From the NCBI GenBank assembly GCA_051294375.1, contig CM119270.1:13991316-14055315 (forward strand): 64,000 nt of DNA, written 5' to 3'. The stretch comes from Paraspadella gotoi. Taxonomy: Eukaryota; Animalia; Chaetognatha. The notes beneath the pieces are model-generated. The model saw nothing but the letters and a program-made list of their open reading frames with translations, had not been told where the DNA came from and did not search any database. Shown here one piece after another: positions 59,079 to 64,000 of the stretch (positions are counted from its first letter, which is position 1; every line of letters begins with the position of its first letter). The translations under genes were made by a program, and so were the position numbers.

Positions 59079-59269
59079 AATATGGATTTTAGAGAGAGCA
59101 AAGAATTTTGAATTTTAACAACGATTTTCATATGCTGATGAAGGCTTGAAGTAAGCAAGCCGAAACATGTCCAACTATTAATAAAAATCGTTGTTAAAAT
59201 TCAAAATTCTTTGCTCTCTCTAATACCTATAAACAACGAAAAAGAAAGGATTATCGCAATATGGATTTT
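59079..59269 (+). mobile_element. Penelope-like element remnant (pseudo-LTR fragment with inverted repeat and target-site duplication)
   Basis: A perfect 40-bp inverted repeat (59089-59128 / 59184-59223) encloses a hammerhead core. The direct repeat AATATGGATTTT occurs at 59079-59090 and 59258-59269. Confidence 0.75.
59133..59173 (+). ncRNA. Minimal type-I hammerhead ribozyme
   Basis: TG-CTGATGA-A-GGCTTG(aagtaag)CAAGCC-GAAAC-ATGT-C-CA. The core CUGAUGA and GAAA is intact, with a 6-bp stem II, palindromic ACATGT stem III and predicted cleavage after GUC at 59171. Confidence 0.8.
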
Positions 59270-59460
59270 GAATTTTAGAACGTAGATTGTCAAAAGTAGA
59301 TTGTACAATGTACAATGTACAATGTGAATAAGAAAAAGAAAGTAGGAAGTCGTTTTCTATCTTTCTCTCTTTCTCTTTTCTGGTCCCGGTTCAAATTTCA
59401 CTCTCTTATCCTTACCTCCATTTTCGGACGTCTCTCTCTCTCTTTAATGTTTTTCATTTG

Positions 59461-59507
<47 letters not shown>

Positions 59508-59601
59508 TCTTCTCTCTCTCTCTTCTCCTCTCTCTCTCTCTCTTCCTCTCTCTCTCTCTTTCTTCTCTCTCTCTCTCTCTTCTCTCTTCTCCCTCTCCTC
59601 T

Positions 59602-59638
<37 letters not shown>

Positions 59639-60050
59639 CTCCTTGAAGCCATCGAGAACCTCTTTTAACTTAATGAGTTCTCCTTCACACTTCCCCCCCC
59701 CTTCTCTTTTCTCTCTGTTCTGGTTCCCGGTTCCTCGTTTGAGAAACGAGATTCCAAAATGTTTCGGTTCCGTCATTTGTTTCTTTTTTTTTCGTTAAAT
59801 GCTTCTTTTCTTTTTTACTTTTTTTTTTCTTTTTTCCTGGGTAAAGTTCTGAGCTTTTCTTTTCTGTTTCTTGTTAAAAGGATTTCGTTTGTTTGTTTTA
59901 TCTTACATAATTCTACTTCTTTATTGGTTTGTTAATGTTATCGTTTTCTATTTTTTGGTCTGATCAACTGTCAACCATGTGAGGTAACGATTCTTAATTC
60001 GTTTTCTCAATCTTTAAGTTTTAACTTTCATCTTGTTCTTGATTCGCGAG

Positions 60051-60491
60051 CGTTTTTTAACCTGTGAGATAAGTATCGCGTTCTCCAAACCGAATTTAAT
60101 TATTAAAATACATCCGTTGAATCCCTATAGTGTGTATACGTACGAACTAACAAACATGGTATTTTGGTTTAGATGCTGACTAAAAACGTTCAGATGTTTA
60201 ATCTCGTGAATTGGCAGAGCTGCCTTTTTCGCTTGGCCAAAGCATCATCTCCGTCTTCACGCTTCTCGTAATCACGTGATGACCATCCAACTCCTCTTTC
60301 ACGCGACGCAGTTCCAGCTTCTCTCCAACCTCGTACTGCGCCATCTACCTCACCCCACTGAGACTAACACACCCCCTTCCACTCGCTCGTCCCGAACCGG
60401 AAACATGGGAACCAGGTGCGAACGAAATCGGGTTGGAAGAATGACGTAATCAACGACAAGAAGACGAAGAAGAATCGTTGGATCTCATTGC

Positions 60492-60526
<35 letters not shown>

Positions 60527-62681
60527 NNNNNNNNNNNNNNNNNNNNNNNNNNNNNNNNNNNNNNNNNNNNNNNNNNNNNNNNNNNNNNNNNNNNNNNNNN
60601 NNNNNNNNNNNNNNNNNNNNNNNNNNNNNNNNNNNNNNNNNNNNNNNNNNNNNNNNNNNNNNNNNNNNNNNNNNNNNNNNNNNNNNNNNNNNNNNNNNNN
60701 NNNNNNNNNNNNNNNNNNNNNNNNNNNNNNNNNNNNNNNNNNNNNNNNNNNNNNNNNNNNNNNNNNNNNNNNNNNNNNNNNNNNNNNNNNNNNNNNNNNN
60801 NNNNNNNNNNNNNNNNNNNNNNNNNNNNNNNNNNNNNNNNNNNNNNNNNNNNNNNNNNNNNNNNNNNNNNNNNNNNNNNNNNNNGTAAATACTATTTTAG
60901 TTTTTTGTATTTCTATATTGACTGGGACCGGCCTTCATATTACATCAAGGAATTTGGCTCTTCATTTTCCTAACTTACTCTACCCAAAATTTTCTTGTTT
61001 TTCTCATAAGCTCCAAAACCATTTTTACCGCGTTCACGATAACGCGCACAAGACAATTGTTTTGTATAATTAATGATTGTTATAGGCAAGAAAACTCAAC
61101 TATTATTTAAAAGTGAACAAAGACTCGACAACAGCAGCTGAGAGAAAACGGTTTAGTAGTTTCGCTCGAAAATAGTCACTTCTCGTTCTATGGGAGAGAG
61201 AGAGAGAGNNNNNNNNNNNNNNNNNNNNNNNNNACTAAATAAGAACGACTTTTGAGGAGGTAAGGAGAGAGAGAGAGAGTCAGAGAGAGAGAAGAGAGAG
61301 AGAAGAGAAGAGAGAGAGAGGAGAGAAGAGAAAGAATAGAGAGGAGAGGAGAGTAGAGAGAGGAGAAGAAATTAACGGGTCAAGGTGAAGTTAAAAAACA
61401 AAAGAGCAACGGTTGGAGGCATCCTGCGACGCAAGGCGGCCGTCTACGAAGATCAGAGCCGTTGTAAAAAAAAAGAACGATTCGTTATGGCGACGACAGC
61501 AAAGGAACTCATTTATGGACGTTTACCGGCGTGCGGCAAATAATCTGCGTTCATGGGAGGGAAGATCGCGTGAGAAAGAGAGAGAGAGAGAGGAGAGAAA
61601 AAAGTATTTGAGAGGAGGAGAGAGAGAGAAGAGATGAGAGAGAGACAGAGATGAGAGAGGAGAGAGAGAGAGGGAGGAGAGAGAGAGGGCGCTTCCATGG
61701 AAAGGAAAGCATAGGAAGTTGTGGGGGGGGAAACCGAGAGTCTGGGATAAGATTAACGCGATATGACTGAACAAGAGAAAGTGGATTTGGCACGGTGTGT
61801 ATGGAAAAGCGGGGGTAGAGAGGGGATAAAGGAGAGAGACGATAGAGTGGCGACGAGAGAGCTAGAGTGGGGAGAGACACGGGAGCAGAAAAAAGGAATT
61901 AAAATAAAAATAAATAGTGAAAACTTAGGCATGAAGACTCCGATAGGAAACATATTTTTAACGAAAGAAAACAAAAAACTGGTAAACAAGTAGACAAGAT
62001 CATTTCACTAAAATTATAAGAAATAGATGATCCAATAAGAAAATACAGTTAGTCGGACGAACAGCGCGGACAAAAAAGTCACGAACAGATACTAACATCA
62101 TGATAGCATCCTTGGAACAAACAGTCCTGACGGTCGGCATATCACAGATCAATTCAGCGCTTGTGTCCAGTACATAGACAGACGGTCGAGAGTACTGCAC
62201 CAAGATATGATAGATTAACAGCAGACATAGCGTCAGCCTCTTAAAGACAGACAGGACAGAACGCAGAACGCAAAGAGACCACAAACAGCGAGGGACGAGT
62301 GTCTCTCGCAAAGGAAGAGGAGGAGTTAACGCAGATGAAGAGGCGAAGGTGAAGGAACGGGTGCGCCGACTGTCCGTAAAAGTGGTGGGGGGAGGTGTAA
62401 GGTGGACTGAGAGGGAGGTGGAGGAGGGGAGGCGAATGAGGGAAATAAGAGAAGAACCATGCTTCTCGCTGTCTATCTTTCGTATTCCCGGCGCGGCGCG
62501 CAAGCAATAGCATCCAATAGCACTCCATAGGCCACCCCATGAGAAACAAATGGTTTTCCGCGCCGATGAATGTGGCGTCTACTTTCTTCAGCGTCGTCGC
62601 GCGCGACAATAGTCTTTTTTTTTTCTTTTATTGTCATTTTTTGTTGTATCATTATAGGTCTGTCTCTCTCTCGTCTCTCAC

Positions 62682-62740
<59 letters not shown>

Positions 62741-63244
62741 CTGCTAAAAACCCGTAAGCGCGAAATTTTCTGCTCTCGCTCGTCTCTCCATAGAACGAGA
62801 AGTGACTATTTGTCGAGCGGAAAGCTAGCTAAAAAGCCCGTTTTTCTCTCAGCTGCTGTTGTCGAGTCTTTGTTCAAGCTTTTAATAATTGAGTTGAGTT
62901 TTCTTGCCTAATAACATCATTAATTAGTACTAAACCGAATGTGTCTTGTGCGCGTTATGAGTGAACGCGGTAATAAATGGTTTGCTGATGCTTATTGAGA
63001 AAAAACAAGAAAATTTTTGGGTAGGTGTAAGTTAGGAAGAGATGAAGAGCCTAATCTCCTCGTATGTATATTATGAATGGTCCGGTCGCCTATGTCTATA
63101 TATTGAAATTATCAAATAATCTATAATATAATTACTAGATAGAAATTTGAGACCGTACGTCATGTCGAATTTGGACATCCCCTGCTGGTGAAGGGAAGAA
63201 ACATTCTTGTGAAATCCTCATTTGCTTCTTTCTCAATACAAGAG

Positions 63245-63277
<33 letters not shown>

Positions 63278-63414
63278 GGGAATGAGAGAGAGGGAGAGCA
63301 TCGACGGAGAGAGAGAGAGGAGAGATGAGAGAAGAGAGACGATACCGCAGGCGCAAAACGGGTGAGGAAACTTACGTCATTTACAGAAGCGGCGCAAAAA
63401 CGAAAACGATAAAG

Positions 63415-63457
<43 letters not shown>

Positions 63458-63470
63458 GAGAGAGAGATAT

Positions 63471-63505
<35 letters not shown>

Positions 63506-64000
63506 GGCAAATGGAGATCCAACGAGTTTTCTGTCGTCTTCTTGCTCGTTGATTACGTCATTCTTACCCAACCCGATTTCGTTCGCCGAACGTCTGGTCC
63601 GCATGTTTCTCGGTTCGGCGTACGAGGCGAGTGGAAGGGGTGTGTTTTAGTCCTCAGTGGGGTGAGGTAGATGGCGCAGTACGTTGAGGTTTTGGAGGAA
63701 GAAGCTTGGACTGCGGTCGCGTTTGAACAGAGGAGTTGGATGGTCATCACGTGATTTACGACGAAGAGTGAAGACGGAGTGATGCTTTGGCCAAGCGAAG
63801 AAGGCGAGCTCTGCCTGAAATTGTCACCGAGGATTAAACATCTGAACGTTTTTAGTAAGCATTTCTAAACCAAAATACCAATGTTGTTAGTTCGTACGTA
63901 TATGCACAACCTATAGGGATTCAATGGGGCGGATGTATTCAATAATTAAATTCGGTTTGGAGAACGCGAGTACTTATCTTCATCTAGGTTAAAAAAAGCG
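60051..64000. repeat. Large inverted duplication (arms ~60051-61208 and ~62775-64000, running off the window)
   Basis: 60400-60500 is the reverse complement of ~63500-63610; 60960-61060 of ~62935-63050; 61090-61200 of ~62780-62910. Differences are mostly indels. Confidence 0.9.

Overview
This is animal genomic DNA (AT-rich, intron-containing) from a gappy draft assembly, rich in (AG)n, (GAC)n, (CAT)n and (CTTT)n microsatellites. A lophotrochozoan or annelid-like source is inferred, not shown. Almost all ORFs in the six-frame track are microsatellite or N-gap artefacts; the real genes appear only after splicing and frameshift-tolerant reading. The clearest gene is a multi-exon NK2.1 (Nkx2-1/scarecrow) homeobox gene on + at about 44.2-50.6 kb, with introns inside both the homeodomain and the NK2-specific domain. 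The first 16 kb is indel-rich and holds tRNA-Leu(AAG), tRNA-Gln(CTG), two tandem CAP/CRISP genes with duplicated Cys-rich EGF/ShK-like tails (minus strand), and a two-pore-domain K+ channel gene (minus strand) that the ORF track misses. The most notable non-coding signals are three self-cleaving-ribozyme-like motifs. One is a Penelope-type minimal hammerhead inside a 40-bp inverted repeat with a 12-bp target duplication (59.1 kb). A related degenerate hammerhead lies in a K2P intron (13.3 kb), and a permuted twister-like motif sits in a SINE-like element (33.5 kb). Also present are a Tc1 remnant, a ~145-bp dispersed repeat, a 72-bp Asp-rich minisatellite, a five-hairpin array in an NK2.1 intron, and two kb-scale inverted duplications that are probably assembly artefacts. 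No CRISPR array or prokaryotic system was seen. All calls were made by eye, without database searches.
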